DNA from: Eledone cirrhosa
Taxonomy: Eukaryota
NCBI GenBank assembly: GCA_964016885.1
Contig: OZ024752.1
Span: 49,724,001 to 49,788,000 of the forward strand
Direction of reading: 5' to 3'
DNA length: 64,000 nt
Position numbers and translations under genes: made by a program. Positions 40,995 to 55,747 of this stretch are shown in pieces (position 1 is the first letter of the stretch; every line of letters begins with the position of its first letter). The notes under the pieces are model-generated. The model had not been told where the DNA came from and made no database searches. It saw only the letters and a list, made by a program, of their open reading frames with translations.

Positions 40995-41299
40995 TATATA
41001 TATATATTGAAAAAAAAAATGAACGTAAATATAGAAAATAAGAGAATTATAGAATGTAAAAGATATAAAGGAAAGTAAAAATATTGGAATAGCAAGATTG
41101 CACAGCTGAAGTAATATGTGTAAGATTAATGTGATTAGTGTAACGGATCTGAAATAGAATAATCTTTTATGATGGATGGCAGGATAAATCAATAGCTAAG
41201 AATAGGTAAATATGTCACTTAAGGTATGATTAGGGTGAGATTAGCAGGTTAATTTGACATTTTGATATGGATTGATAAAATATTTAGATATAGATGTAG

Positions 41300-41660
41300 A
41301 TGTGGTATGGTGTGGTGTGGAGGGAAGTTCAGTGGTGTGGTGTGGTGTGGTGTGGAGGGAAGTTCAGTGGTGTGGTGTGGTGTGGTGTGGAGGGAAGTTC
41401 AGTGGTATGGTGTGGTGTGGTGTAGTGTGGTGTGGTGGGGTGTTCAGTGTGGTGTAGTGTAGTGTAGTGTGGTGTGATGTGGTGTGGAGGGAAGTTCAGT
41501 GGTGTGGTGTAGTGTGGTGTGGAGGGAAGTTCAGTGGTGTGGTGTGGTGTGGTGTGGAGGGAAGTTCAGTGGTATGGTGTGGTGTGGTGTAGTGTGGTGG
41601 GGTGGGGTGTTCAGTGTGGTGTAGTGTAGTGTGGTGTGGTTAGGTGGGGTGGGGTGTGGA
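41300..41660. repeat. (GTGTG)n repeat with GGAGGGAAGTTCA interruptions
   Basis: Direct inspection. Confidence 0.85.
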
Positions 41661-41753
41661 GGTAGATGAAGAAAGGATATTACATCCATGTATGTACCTG
41701 TGTACATAATGTATATATGTAATGTGTGCATAAATATATAAACATACACACAC

Positions 41754-41804
<51 letters not shown>

Positions 41805-41877
41805 CATCACATATAAATATATACATACATCACACATACATATGAACACATGTCACACACACAAACACACACCTACT

Positions 41878-41909
<32 letters not shown>

Positions 41910-42332
41910 AAATCAAAAGATGGTTAAAAGAGTTCCATGTATTTTATGATCTGCTTTTCAAAAACAAATATCATCATGGGATGATATTTGCGTTCTCATC
42001 AGATAAAATAGCGAGACATGATATGAAGCATAAAAAACACTTGCGAGCAGTGAAGTGTTAAATCAACATTATATTATTTATACTCCAATCCTATAAACTG
42101 TTGAGTGCTACTTATCCGATATTTGCATTGCTTTATTGTGCTACAATAAAACTCACCTCCTACATTATATATATATTTTTTTACTCATCTTTTTCCATAT
42201 ATCTGAGGGTTCTAAACCCCACTATCAGGCTAAAATTTCTTTAGTCAAAAATACGGTGAAAGCTATTCTATTTCTAATTTCAAACTCACTCACTGTTTCA
42301 AAACATACTTACTTATATATATATATATATCA

Positions 42333-42432
<100 letters not shown>

Positions 42433-42434
42433 CA

Positions 42435-42520
<86 letters not shown>

Positions 42521-42523
42521 TGA

Positions 42524-42564
<41 letters not shown>

Positions 42565-42755
42565 CAATATATATATATATATATTGATATATTGATATAA
42601 TATGTAATAATAGACAAAAGAATGTATGTAATTATGATTCTTACTGTCATAAAATATAATGATTGTTAAAACAGGGAAGAAAAATAGGACAAATTAAAAC
42701 ACGTGATTAAATTAACAAAAAACACACATTTATATATATATACATATATACATAT

Positions 42756-42806
<51 letters not shown>

Positions 42807-42837
42807 CACACACATATATATATAAATATACTTATAT

Positions 42838-42914
<77 letters not shown>

Positions 42915-42946
42915 CATATACACACACTCATATATATATACACACT

Positions 42947-42984
<38 letters not shown>

Positions 42985-43168
42985 TACACAGACACACACA
43001 CATATATATGTACATATACACACATATATATATATACACATGCATACATATATATACATATATACACAGACATATACATATATATATATATACGTTATTC
43101 CGGGTTGAATCGGAGGTAACCACAGTAAGTAAGGTACTCAATACATAGCAGAGTATAAAAGTTTTAAT

Positions 43169-43217
43169 GATTCCTGATGATTTCTAATGAATGAAACAGT
43201 TCTAGTCCTGTAGAATC
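43169..43217 (+). ncRNA. Type I hammerhead ribozyme motif (family A, copy 2), inside element 43094-43232
   Basis: GATTC-CTGATGA-TTTCTAATGAAT-GAA-ACAG-TTCTAGTC-CTGT-A-GAATC. Confidence 0.75.
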
Positions 43218-43233
43218 TCATCTATATTAAAAC

Positions 43234-43264
<31 letters not shown>

Positions 43265-43789
43265 TATATATATATATATGTATATATATATTATATGATA
43301 GTTCTTTTAGTAAGCAACATGTAGCTGTCACTTCCATCATGTTCTCATCTCCCCCCCCCCCTTTCCCTGCTGAGTTGAGGACTCATCAATTGCCCTATAA
43401 TTAATGCTGCACTGGAAGGAATGCATCTAGTGCACTACTCTGCAAGGAATGGTGTCAATGCCCTGATAAAGTAAATCTAGGCCACATTGTAAAGTGGTAG
43501 TGCCAAAGAAGTGTTGTAAAGAAGTGTGGACCTTTGAAGAATTTTAACTCGAGATGCAAGGAGTCCAAATAAATACCACAAGGTATTTTATTCAATGACC
43601 TAACACATCTGTCAGAAGTTCACCACCTTAGTACATGACATTGGATTTTAACCCTTTAGCATTTAAACCAGTCGTATCTGGCCAGAATTCTCTCACCTCT
43701 TTCGGTGTTACCAGCTAATGAAGAAGTTCTTTTACTTCTCTTCCTCTTCATCCTTATTCTCCTCCCACCCTCCATCTCCTCCATACTGT

Positions 43790-44270
43790 TATCAGCCTGC
43801 TACAATAAAGTCCTCAAACATTGCCTTCAGCAGGTCCTGTCAGAAGCAACCATCTCAAACTGATCAGGCTGGATCCCCAAATGTGACCAGCCAATCCCAT
43901 GGATGTTATCCAAACATCTTGCTCTCAGGGTCTACCCCTGGGTCTCCTGCCAGCTGGTTGTGCTCATAAAAATCTCTGTAGTGATTTTTTTTTTTTCTTG
44001 AGACATTCTAACCACATGCCTATAGTATCAGAGCTGTGATATCTCAATTCAGAGTAGTTACTCTACGTGGAGTGACACTCTGATCTCCGAGCTACACACT
44101 CTATCAGGTAATGTCACTCTAAAACCCTTTGAAGGAACGTCCATTGTATTTACTTTCATATTCTTTTGGTCATTACCCAAGATTCGTGGCAATAGGTAAG
44201 GGCTAGTGCAAATACCAAATTGAAGACATTGAGTTTGGCTTTTACAATTATCTCTCTTCTTCTAATTACT
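43790..44270 (-). pseudogene. Old, stop-riddled RTE-clade LINE fragment
   Basis: Manual minus-strand translation gives IEISQL*YYRHVVRM..QPAGRRPRGRP..LDNIHGIGWSHLGI, resembling the IERSQLRW.GH..RM..RPRGRP..W..LGI motif. Confidence 0.7.
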
Positions 44271-45065
44271 GAATTTTTTCACTTTAAAAAAAAACAGTTT
44301 TTGAAACATTAAATTAAATATTGGACTACAACATTTCAATCCTTCATAGTTTTTTTTTTTAAGAAAAAAAAAAAAAAAAAAAAAAGCAACTCGTACAAGA
44401 ACATACTATCAGTTTTCTGGAATAGTATGAGTTTATAGATGATGTACATGCCATGACAAGACACTGGATTGCAGTTGGTATGAGGATTATCAACTAGTTG
44501 GCATGGCAACCAATACTGTTTATCAAACATGAATACATTGACAGCTTCGTCTTTTAATTCATCTCAAAAAAAAAAGAAAAAAAGGAAACAAAAGATATAT
44601 AAATTTATAATAAAAAAATAATAAAATAAAATGTTGGTTTCTTTTGCAAGTCTTTAGACAGCTGGCACCATGCGAAGAATTTAGAAAAGCTAGAATAAAT
44701 AGTGAGATACAGAAGAAATGGTGAAATCCATAATAATGAATAATTAATTTCTGCGAACAATTTTCTAGAAATGCAGTGAAAATCTTGTAGTTTCTTAAAA
44801 ACATGAAAACCTTGATTTGTTCATTCATTTTATGAAAATGCAATATGTCGGTCTTTGATAAAAGAAAAACAAATATTCACATTGATCTGAAAGATGTGCC
44901 TCTTCAAACAGATTTATTATGTTTCTAGAATACTCAAATGAAACAGTTTAATTACCCTCTTTATCTCTTATGAATCATTGTTAGAATTATAATCCAAGGT
45001 TTGTCTTATTCCTAAGGTCATGAGTAATATATATATATACATACACACACGTACATACATAAATA

Positions 45066-45869
45066 ATGGTTGCAAACTCTGCTAAGAGTATTGCAATCGC
45101 TTGTCAGGTTATAGAGTTTGGTGCACTTTTCGGCTACGGCCAGTCACACAAATCTGTAACAGACCCTGAACAAGCAATGCCTGTGCCTTGAAGGTGTTTT
45201 TAAGTGTGGGAAAGGCCTTGCACTCAACCAATCCCACTCTCTGAGCATCGCAAACACTACCCGAAAAGGAGAACTAGTCAACATCATCGGATGCTTCCGA
45301 AGCCAAGCGCAGGTTTTTTAAATTTTTTTTTATATATTTAAAGTATTAAAACCTTAAATCTATTTATTTAATTATAAATACGGAAAGTGCAGCGATAGAA
45401 GATAAATAAAACTTCAAAATAATCATAATATCCGACATTGTTTTGAGAATAATAGTGTAAAATTAATTATGACACCGGTTTAGGGATTTGATTTAACCCT
45501 TGACCTAACGCCGCCACGGTCATTTGATGTTCAGATTAAAAAGAATTGGGGAGTAAATTAATTGTTTTATTTATTTACTTATATGAAACAAGGAAGAAGA
45601 TGCCGGGACAGAAATTAAAAAATTTGCCGTCGTTAAAAAATTAAAATTCACCCATTACCCCTCCCATGATGCAACAGGGCAGGTAAATGATTTGACGATT
45701 TAGCGACATCAGTTCCTCAAATTTCACCGAGCCGAAATCTCAAGAACGATAACTCTGTCTTTACTTAATCGCAAAAATGGGTGCAAAAAAGTTTCAGTTG
45801 GGGACTTTTTTTTATTACGTATGATTTGTATGACAATTACTTAAAACACACCCACCCACTAACACATAT

Positions 45870-45953
<84 letters not shown>

Positions 45954-46070
45954 TATATATGTGTGTGTGTGTGTAAGAGAGCAGTGGCACTCCGTCGGTT
46001 GCGACGACAAGTATTTCTGTTTTTCCTACGAAATAAAAGTTGACACAATGTTTATAGTTGTTATTGTTGT

Positions 46071-46118
<48 letters not shown>

Positions 46119-46612
46119 CTGTTTCTACTTTAGGCACAAGGCCAGCAATTACCCAGTGCATTACTGGTACTTTATTTTATCGACCCCGTAAGGATGAAAG
46201 GCAAAGTCAACCTCGGCGTTATATATATATATATAACGGCGATGAATTAGTTTTGCGAGGTTTTTTATATGAAATCGTGTGTCGAAACAAATATTGTTAT
46301 ACTTGGGGAGGGTCATATTTGTGTAATATTGCCAGAATTAATAACAGAACACACTCACTGTTTGGTTGGTTTTCGCTTTTCGCTTCTATGTCTTTTATAT
46401 CGGTAATCTAATTTATTCGGTCCTCAATGTTGCCATTGACTGACCGGCGGTCAAAAATAATACAGATTCAATATAGACACAGTCAATGGCATTGAGGACC
46501 GAATAAATTAGATTACCGATATAAAAAACACAGAAGCGAAAAGCGAAAACCAACCAAACAATGAGTGTGTTCTGTTATTAATTCTGGCAATATTACACAA
46601 ATATGACCCTCC

Positions 46613-46649
<37 letters not shown>

Positions 46650-47231
46650 AAAATGTATGACCCCGACGGCAGAGCTCAAGCCGTTTCGACGGCTTCATAC
46701 ATTTTCCTATTACCCACTCTACTACCCTAAGTATTGAGTACTCTGGTGCGTTATGGTCCATCTGGTTCCTTACCACAACTCCTTCGTTATAAAATATTAT
46801 ATATTATTTATAATATAAATATTATATATAATATAAAATATTTTATATATATTATATATATATTATATATATTATATTATATATATTATATATTATATAT
46901 ATATATTATATATTAGATATATTAGATATTATAATTGAATTTTGCAAAGTTTTAAAACCAAACTGAAAATAAATTCCTATATATCTAAAACTATGTTTTC
47001 TTATATACAATAACAATAGACAGAACAACAACAACAACAACAACAACGATAACAATAACAACAATAAACATTGTGCTGTGAGTCAAATTTTATTTTTTTT
47101 GCATTTTTGTTTTTAAAATCCAAATTCAATAAACAGACCAGGATTTTTTCATTCTGAGGATTGAAAGCAAAATTTTTTGCTTTTAAGAAACCACTGGTAA
47201 ATGGAATAATTGTCTTATGTTGTTTATTACA

Positions 47232-47302
<71 letters not shown>

Positions 47303-47520
47303 GTAGATAAATCTACCAAAAGTTTACGGTAGTGTCCAATCCGTATGAAGAACTCAATGTAATCCAGATATCATGGAAAGAAAAGATGCATTCAAAAATC
47401 ACTTTCGGTGAAAGATAAACAGAATACAGAGTCAAGATAAAATATAAAAAAAATAATGAATAAAACAATTGATAAAATATTAAAAAAATAATGAATAAAA
47501 CAATTCATTATTTTTTTAAT

Positions 47521-47593
<73 letters not shown>

Positions 47594-48387
47594 GTGTGTG
47601 TGTGTGTTTTAAGTAATTGTCATACAAATCATACGTAATAATAAAATGTCCCCAACTGAAACTTTTTTGCACCCATTTTTGCGATTAAGTAAAGACGGAG
47701 TTATCGTTCTTGAGATTTCGGCTCGGTGAAATTTGAGGAACTGATGTCGCTAAATCGTCAAATCATTTACCTACCCTGTTGCATCATGGGAGGGGTAATG
47801 GATGAATTTTAATTTTTTAACGACCACAAATTTTTTAATTTCTTTCCCGGCATCTTCTTCCTTGTTTCATATAAGTAAATAAATAAACACAATTAATTTA
47901 CTCCCCAATTCTCTTTAATCTGAACATCAAATGACCGTGGAGGCGTCAGGTCAAGGGTTAAATCAAATCCCTAAACCGGTGTCATAATTAATTTTACACT
48001 ATTATTCTCAAAACAATGTCGGATATTATGATTATTTTGAAGTTTTATTTATCTTCTATCGCTGCACTTTCCGTATTTATAATTAAATAAATAGATTTAA
48101 GGTTTTAATACTTTAAATATAAAAAAAAAATAATAAAAACCTGCGCTTGGCTTCGGAAGCATCCGATGATGTTGACTAGTTCTCCTTTTCGGGTAGTGTT
48201 TGCGATGCTCAGAGAGTGGGATTGGTCGAGTGCAAGGACTTTCCCCACTTAAAAACACCTTCAAAGCACAGGCATTGCTTGTTCAGAGTCTGTTACAGTT
48301 TTGTGTGACTGGCCGTAGCCGAAAAGTGCACCAAACTCTATAACCTGACAAGCGATTGCAATACTCTTTAGCAGAGTTTGCAACCAT
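45066..48387. mobile_element. Foldback-like structure with ~780-bp inverted arms (45066-45851 and 47602-48387)
   Basis: ATGGTTGCAAACTCTGCTAA..GACAATTACTTAAAACACAC is mirrored by GTGTGTTTTAAGTAATTGTC..TTAGCAGAGTTTGCAACCAT, with scattered mismatches. Confidence 0.8.
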
Positions 48388-48736
48388 CATTTGATGTTCA
48401 GATTAAAGAGAATTGGGGGGTAAATTAATTGTTTTATTTATTTACTTATATGAAACAAGGAAGAAGATGCCGGGACAGAAATTAAAAAATATGCCGTCGT
48501 TAAAAAATTAAAATTCACCCATTACCCCTCCCATGATGCAACAGGGCAGGTAAATGATTTGACGATTTAGCGACATCAGTTCCTCAAATTTCACCGAGCC
48601 GAAATCTCAAGAACGATAACTCTGTCTTTACTTAATCGCAAAAATGGGTGCAAAAAAGTTTCAGTTGGGGACTTTTTTTTATTACGTATGATTTGTATGA
48701 CAATTACTTAAAACACACCCACCCACTAACACATAT

Positions 48737-48806
<70 letters not shown>

Positions 48807-48923
48807 TATATATGTGTGTGTGTGTGTAAGAGAGCAGTGGCACTCCGTCGGTTGCGACGACAAGTATTTCTGTTTTTCCTACGAAATAAAAGTTGACACA
48901 ATGTTTATAGTTGTTATTGTTGT

Positions 48924-48971
<48 letters not shown>

Positions 48972-49465
48972 CTGTTTCTACTTTAGGCACAAGGCCAGCA
49001 ATTACCCAGTGCATTACTGGTACTTTATTTTATCGACCCCGTAAGGATGAAAGGCAAAGTCAACCTCGGCGTTATATATATATATATAACGGCGATGAAT
49101 TAGTTTTGCGAGGTTTTTTATATGAAATCGTGTGTCGAAACAAATATTGTTATACTTGGGGAGGGTCATATTTGTGTAATATTGCCAGAATTAATAACAG
49201 AACACACTCACTGTTTGGTTGGTTTTCGCTTTTCGCTTCTATGTCTTTTATATCGGTAATCTAATTTATTCGGTCCTCAATGTTGCCATTGACTGACCGG
49301 CGGTCAAAAATAATACAGATTCAATATAGACACAGTCAATGGCATTGAGGACCGAATAAATTAGATTACCGATATAAAAAACACAGAAGCGAAAAGCGAA
49401 AACCAACCAAACAATGAGTGTGTTCTGTTATTAATTCTGGCAATATTACACAAATATGACCCTCC

Positions 49466-49502
<37 letters not shown>

Positions 49503-50084
49503 AAAATGTATGACCCCGACGGCAGAGCTCAAGCCGTTTCGACGGCTTCATACATTTTCCTATTACCCACTCTACTACCCTAAGTATTGAGTACTCTGGT
49601 GCGTTATGGTCCATCTGGTTCCTTACCACAACTCCTTCGTTATAAAATATTATATATTATTTATAATATAAATATTATATATAATATAAAATATTTTATA
49701 TATATTATATATATATTATATATATTATATTATATATATTATATATTATATATATATATTATATATTAGATATATTAGATATTATAATTGAATTTTGCAA
49801 AGTTTTAAAACCAAACTGAAAATAAATTCCTATATATCTAAAACTATGTTTTCTTATATACAATAACAATAGACAGAACAACAACAACAACAACAACAAC
49901 GATAACAATAACAACAATAAACATTGTGCTGTGAGTCAAATTTTATTTTTTTTGCATTTTTGTTTTTAAAATCCAAATTCAATAAACAGACCAGGATTTT
50001 TTCATTCTGAGGATTGAAAGCAAAATTTTTTGCTTTTAAGAAACCACTGGTAAATGGAATAATTGTCTTATGTTGTTTATTACA

Positions 50085-50161
<77 letters not shown>

Positions 50162-50379
50162 GTAGATAAATCTACCAAAAGTTTACGGTAGTGTCCAATC
50201 CGTATGAAGAACTCAATGTAATCCAGATATCATGGAAAGAAAAGATGCATTCAAAAATCACTTTCGGTGAAAGATAAACAGAATACAGAGTCAAGATAAA
50301 ATATAAAAAAAATAATGAATAAAACAATTGATAAAATATTAAAAAAATAATGAATAAAACAATTCATTATTTTTTTAAT

Positions 50380-50452
<73 letters not shown>

Positions 50453-51595
50453 GTGTGTGTGTGTGTTTTAAGTAATTGTCATACAAATCATACGTAATAA
50501 TAAAATGTCCCCAACTGAAACTTTTTTGCACCCATTTTTGCGATTAAGTAAAGACGGAGTTATCGTTCTTGAGATTTCGGCTCGGTGAAATTTGAGGAAC
50601 TGATGTCGCTAAATCGTCAAATCATTTACCTACCCTGTTGCATCATGGGAGGGGTAATGGATGAATTTTAATTTTTTAACGACCACAAATTTTTTAATTT
50701 CTTTCCCGGCATCTTCTTCCTTGTTTCATATAAGTAAATAAATAAACACAATTAATTTACTCCCCAATTCTCTTTAATCTGAACATCAAATGACCGTGGA
50801 GGCGTCAGGTCAAGGGTTAAATCAAATCCCTAAACCGGTGTCATAATTAATTTTACACTATTATTCTCAAAACAATGTCGGATATTATGATTATTTTGAA
50901 GTTTTATTTATCTTCTATCGCTGCACTTTCCGTATTTATAATTAAATAAATAGATTTAAGGTTTTAATACTTTAAATATAAAAAAAAAATAATAAAAACC
51001 TGCGCTTGGCTTCGGAAGCATCCGATGATGTTGACTAGTTCTCCTTTTCGGGTAGTGTTTGCGATGCTCAGAGAGTGGGATTGGTCGAGTGCAAGGACTT
51101 TCCCCACTTAAAAACACCTTCAAAGCACAGGCATTGCTTGTTCAGAGTCTGTTACAGTTTTGTGTGACTGGCCGTAGCCGAAAAGTGCACCAAACTCTAT
51201 AACCTGACAAGCGATTGCAATACTCTTTAGCAGAGTTTGCAACCATCATTTGATGTTCAGATTAAAGAGAATTGGGGGGTAAATTAATTGTTTTATTTAT
51301 TTACTTATATGAAACAAGGAAGAAGATGCCGGGACAGAAATTAAAAAATATGCCGTCGTTAAAAAATTAAAATTCACCCATTACCCCTCCCATGATGCAA
51401 CAGGGCAGGTAAATGATTTGACGATTTAGCGACATCAGTTCCTCAAATTTCACCGAGCCGAAATCTCAAGAACGATAACTCTGTCTTTACTTAATCGCAA
51501 AAATGGGTGCAAAAAAGTTTCAGTTGGGGACTTTTTTTTATTACGTATGATTTGTATGACAATTACTTAAAACACACCCACCCACTAACACATAT

Positions 51596-51665
<70 letters not shown>

Positions 51666-51782
51666 TATATATGTGTGTGTGTGTGTAAGAGAGCAGTGGC
51701 ACTCCGTCGGTTGCGACGACAAGTATTTCTGTTTTTCCTACGAAATAAAAGTTGACACAATGTTTATAGTTGTTATTGTTGT

Positions 51783-51830
<48 letters not shown>

Positions 51831-52324
51831 CTGTTTCTACTTTAGGCACAAGGCCAGCAATTACCCAGTGCATTACTGGTACTTTATTTTATCGACCCCG
51901 TAAGGATGAAAGGCAAAGTCAACCTCGGCGTTATATATATATATATAACGGCGATGAATTAGTTTTGCGAGGTTTTTTATATGAAATCGTGTGTCGAAAC
52001 AAATATTGTTATACTTGGGGAGGGTCATATTTGTGTAATATTGCCAGAATTAATAACAGAACACACTCACTGTTTGGTTGGTTTTCGCTTTTCGCTTCTA
52101 TGTCTTTTATATCGGTAATCTAATTTATTCGGTCCTCAATGTTGCCATTGACTGACCGGCGGTCAAAAATAATACAGATTCAATATAGACACAGTCAATG
52201 GCATTGAGGACCGAATAAATTAGATTACCGATATAAAAAACACAGAAGCGAAAAGCGAAAACCAACCAAACAATGAGTGTGTTCTGTTATTAATTCTGGC
52301 AATATTACACAAATATGACCCTCC

Positions 52325-52363
<39 letters not shown>

Positions 52364-52945
52364 AAAATGTATGACCCCGACGGCAGAGCTCAAGCCGTTT
52401 CGACGGCTTCATACATTTTCCTATTACCCACTCTACTACCCTAAGTATTGAGTACTCTGGTGCGTTATGGTCCATCTGGTTCCTTACCACAACTCCTTCG
52501 TTATAAAATATTATATATTATTTATAATATAAATATTATATATAATATAAAATATTTTATATATATTATATATATATTATATATATTATATTATATATAT
52601 TATATATTATATATATATATTATATATTAGATATATTAGATATTATAATTGAATTTTGCAAAGTTTTAAAACCAAACTGAAAATAAATTCCTATATATCT
52701 AAAACTATGTTTTCTTATATACAATAACAATAGACAGAACAACAACAACAACAACAACAACGATAACAATAACAACAATAAACATTGTGCTGTGAGTCAA
52801 ATTTTATTTTTTTTGCATTTTTGTTTTTAAAATCCAAATTCAATAAACAGACCAGGATTTTTTCATTCTGAGGATTGAAAGCAAAATTTTTTGCTTTTAA
52901 GAAACCACTGGTAAATGGAATAATTGTCTTATGTTGTTTATTACA

Positions 52946-53024
<79 letters not shown>

Positions 53025-53242
53025 GTAGATAAATCTACCAAAAGTTTACGGTAGTGTCCAATCCGTATGAAGAACTCAATGTAATCCAGATATCATGGAA
53101 AGAAAAGATGCATTCAAAAATCACTTTCGGTGAAAGATAAACAGAATACAGAGTCAAGATAAAATATAAAAAAAATAATGAATAAAACAATTGATAAAAT
53201 ATTAAAAAAATAATGAATAAAACAATTCATTATTTTTTTAAT

Positions 53243-53317
<75 letters not shown>

Positions 53318-54110
53318 GTGTGTGTGTGTGTTTTAAGTAATTGTCATACAAATCATACGTAATAATAAAATGTCCCCAACTGAAACTTTTTTGCACCCAT
53401 TTTTGCGATTAAGTAAAGACGGAGTTATCGTTCTTGAGATTTCGGCTCGGTGAAATTTGAGGAACTGATGTCGCTAAATCGTCAAATCATTTACCTACCC
53501 TGTTGCATCATGGGAGGGGTAATGGATGAATTTTAATTTTTTAACGACCACAAATTTTTTAATTTCTTTCCCGGCATCTTCTTCCTTGTTTCATATAAGT
53601 AAATAAATAAACACAATTAATTTACTCCCCAATTCTCTTTAATCTGAACATCAAATGACCGTGGAGGCGTCAGGTCAAGGGTTAAATCAAATCCCTAAAC
53701 CGGTGTCATAATTAATTTTACACTATTATTCTCAAAACAATGTCGGATATTATGATTATTTTGAAGTTTTATTTATCTTCTATCGCTGCACTTTCCGTAT
53801 TTATAATTAAATAAATAGATTTAAGGTTTTAATACTTTAAATATAAAAAAAAAATAATAAAAACCTGCGCTTGGCTTCGGAAGCATCCGATGATGTTGAC
53901 TAGTTCTCCTTTTCGGGTAGTGTTTGCGATGCTCAGAGAGTGGGATTGGTCGAGTGCAAGGACTTTCCCCACTTAAAAACACCTTCAAAGCACAGGCATT
54001 GCTTGTTCAGAGTCTGTTACAGTTTTGTGTGACTGGCCGTAGCCGAAAAGTGCACCAAACTCTATAACCTGACAAGCGATTGCAATACTCTTTAGCAGAG
54101 TTTGCAACCA
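45520..54110. repeat. Tandem triplication of a ~2.86-kb unit (45520-48386, 48387-51245, 51246-54110)
   Basis: Identical ORF-track peptides at 46058, 48911 and 51770. Units differ mainly in (TA)n length. Confidence 0.95.
46305..46614. repeat. Inner inverted repeat with ~135-bp arms and a 37-bp spacer (also in units 2 and 3)
   Basis: GGGGAGGGTCATATTTG..CCATTGACTG / CAGTCAATGG..CAAATATGACCCTCCCC. Confidence 0.9.
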
Positions 54111-55239
54111 TCATTTGATGTTCAGATTAAAGAGAATTGGGGGGTAAATTAATTGTTTTATTTATTTACTTATATGAAACAAGGAAGAAGATGCCGGGAC
54201 AGAAATTAAAAAATATGCCGTCGTTAAAAAATTAAAATTCACCCATTACCCCTCCCATGATGCAACAGGGCAGGTAAATGATTTGACGATTTAGCGACAT
54301 CAGATCCTCAAATTTCACCGTGCCGAAATCTCAAGAACGATAACTCTGTCTTTACTTAATCGCAAAATTGGGTGCAAAAAAGTCTCACTCAATACGGAAA
54401 GTTTTTTTTTTATGTATGACTCTGTATATAAATATAATTACTTACTTAACACCCACACACAATATATATACTCCGTCGGTTGCAACGATGAGTATTCCAG
54501 CTTTTCCTCAGAAATAAAATTTGACTCACAGCACAATGTTTATTGTTGTTATTGTTATCGTTATCGTTGTTGTTGTTGTTCTGTCTATTGTTATTGTTGT
54601 TATACATATAAGAAAACATAGTTTTAGATATATATAGGAATTTATTTAAAAGAATAAACCTTTCTGAAAGAATCGCGTATATAATATATATAATATAATA
54701 TAATATATATAATATAATTGTTTCTACTTTAGGCACAAGGCCTATTGATATATAATATATATATAATATATATATATAATATATATATAATATATATAAT
54801 ATATATATTATATATCAATTTATTTTATCTGACATCAATTTATTTTATCTGATGAGGACGTACTGAGGATATATATAGTAAAAAATTGAACGGTAAGAAA
54901 ACAGAGAGGTAGTACGAACAAAGGTTTATTAGTTTCACGCTCTTGAGGGTGGAGTGGTGGTGATATATATATATATAACGAAGGAGTTAACGCACCAGAG
55001 TACTCAATACTTAGGGTAGTAGAGTGGGTAATAAGAACATGTATGAAGCCGTCGAAACGGCTTGAGCTCTGCCGTCGGGGTCATACATTTTTGATGTCTG
55101 ACATACCTCAACTGTGCTGATGGTTCAATTCCAGTTTTGGCAGTTATTATATATTTTGCCTTTCATCCTTACGAGGTCGATAAAATAAAGTACCAGTAAT
55201 GCACTGGGTATTTACTGGCCTTGTACCTAAAGTAGAAAC

Positions 55240-55310
<71 letters not shown>

Positions 55311-55446
55311 TTTATTCAGGTTTGTGGTTCACCACTGTATAGAGCTGGTCTATTCCGTATGGTCAATCGTAATGTAGAGAGTACTCAACGTAAAGCAGTT
55401 CAACCGTCTTTGTTTTTGTAGTTGGTGGTGCTATTACGGAGTTAAA

Positions 55447-55566
55447 TATTATAATGAAATGACAGGAGGCTGGATTTGTGTAAATCCTTGAAAGGTTTAT
55501 ACTATGATCATAGTATAATAAACCTTTCAAGGATTTACACAAATCCAGCTCCTGTCATTTCATTAT

Positions 55567-55570
<4 letters not shown>
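55447..55570. repeat. Near-perfect loopless 124-bp palindrome centred on TGATCA
   Basis: The arms differ only by a 1-nt and a 3-nt indel. Confidence 0.9.
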
Positions 55571-55603
<33 letters not shown>

Positions 55604-55672
55604 TTATTCCGGGTTCAATCGGGGGTAACCACAGTAAGTAAGGTACTCAATACATTGCAGAGTATAAATGTT

Positions 55673-55747
55673 TTAATATTGAAAAGCTTCCTGATGATTT
55701 CTCACGAATGAAACAGTTCTAGTCCTGTAGAAGCCTTTCTATATTAA
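55673..55747 (+). ncRNA. Type I hammerhead ribozyme motif (family A, copy 3) with extended stem I, inside element 55603-55750
   Basis: TTAATATTGAAAAGCTTC-CTGATGA-TTTCTCACGAAT-GAA-ACAG-TTCTAGTC-CTGT-A-GAAGCCTTTCTATATTAA. Confidence 0.78.

Noticed and set aside
45066-45850. Transposase or Helitron coding sequence in the foldback arm
   Set aside because: Frames close within about 45 codons in the part translated by hand, the ORF track shows nothing there, and no diagnostic termini were recognised.
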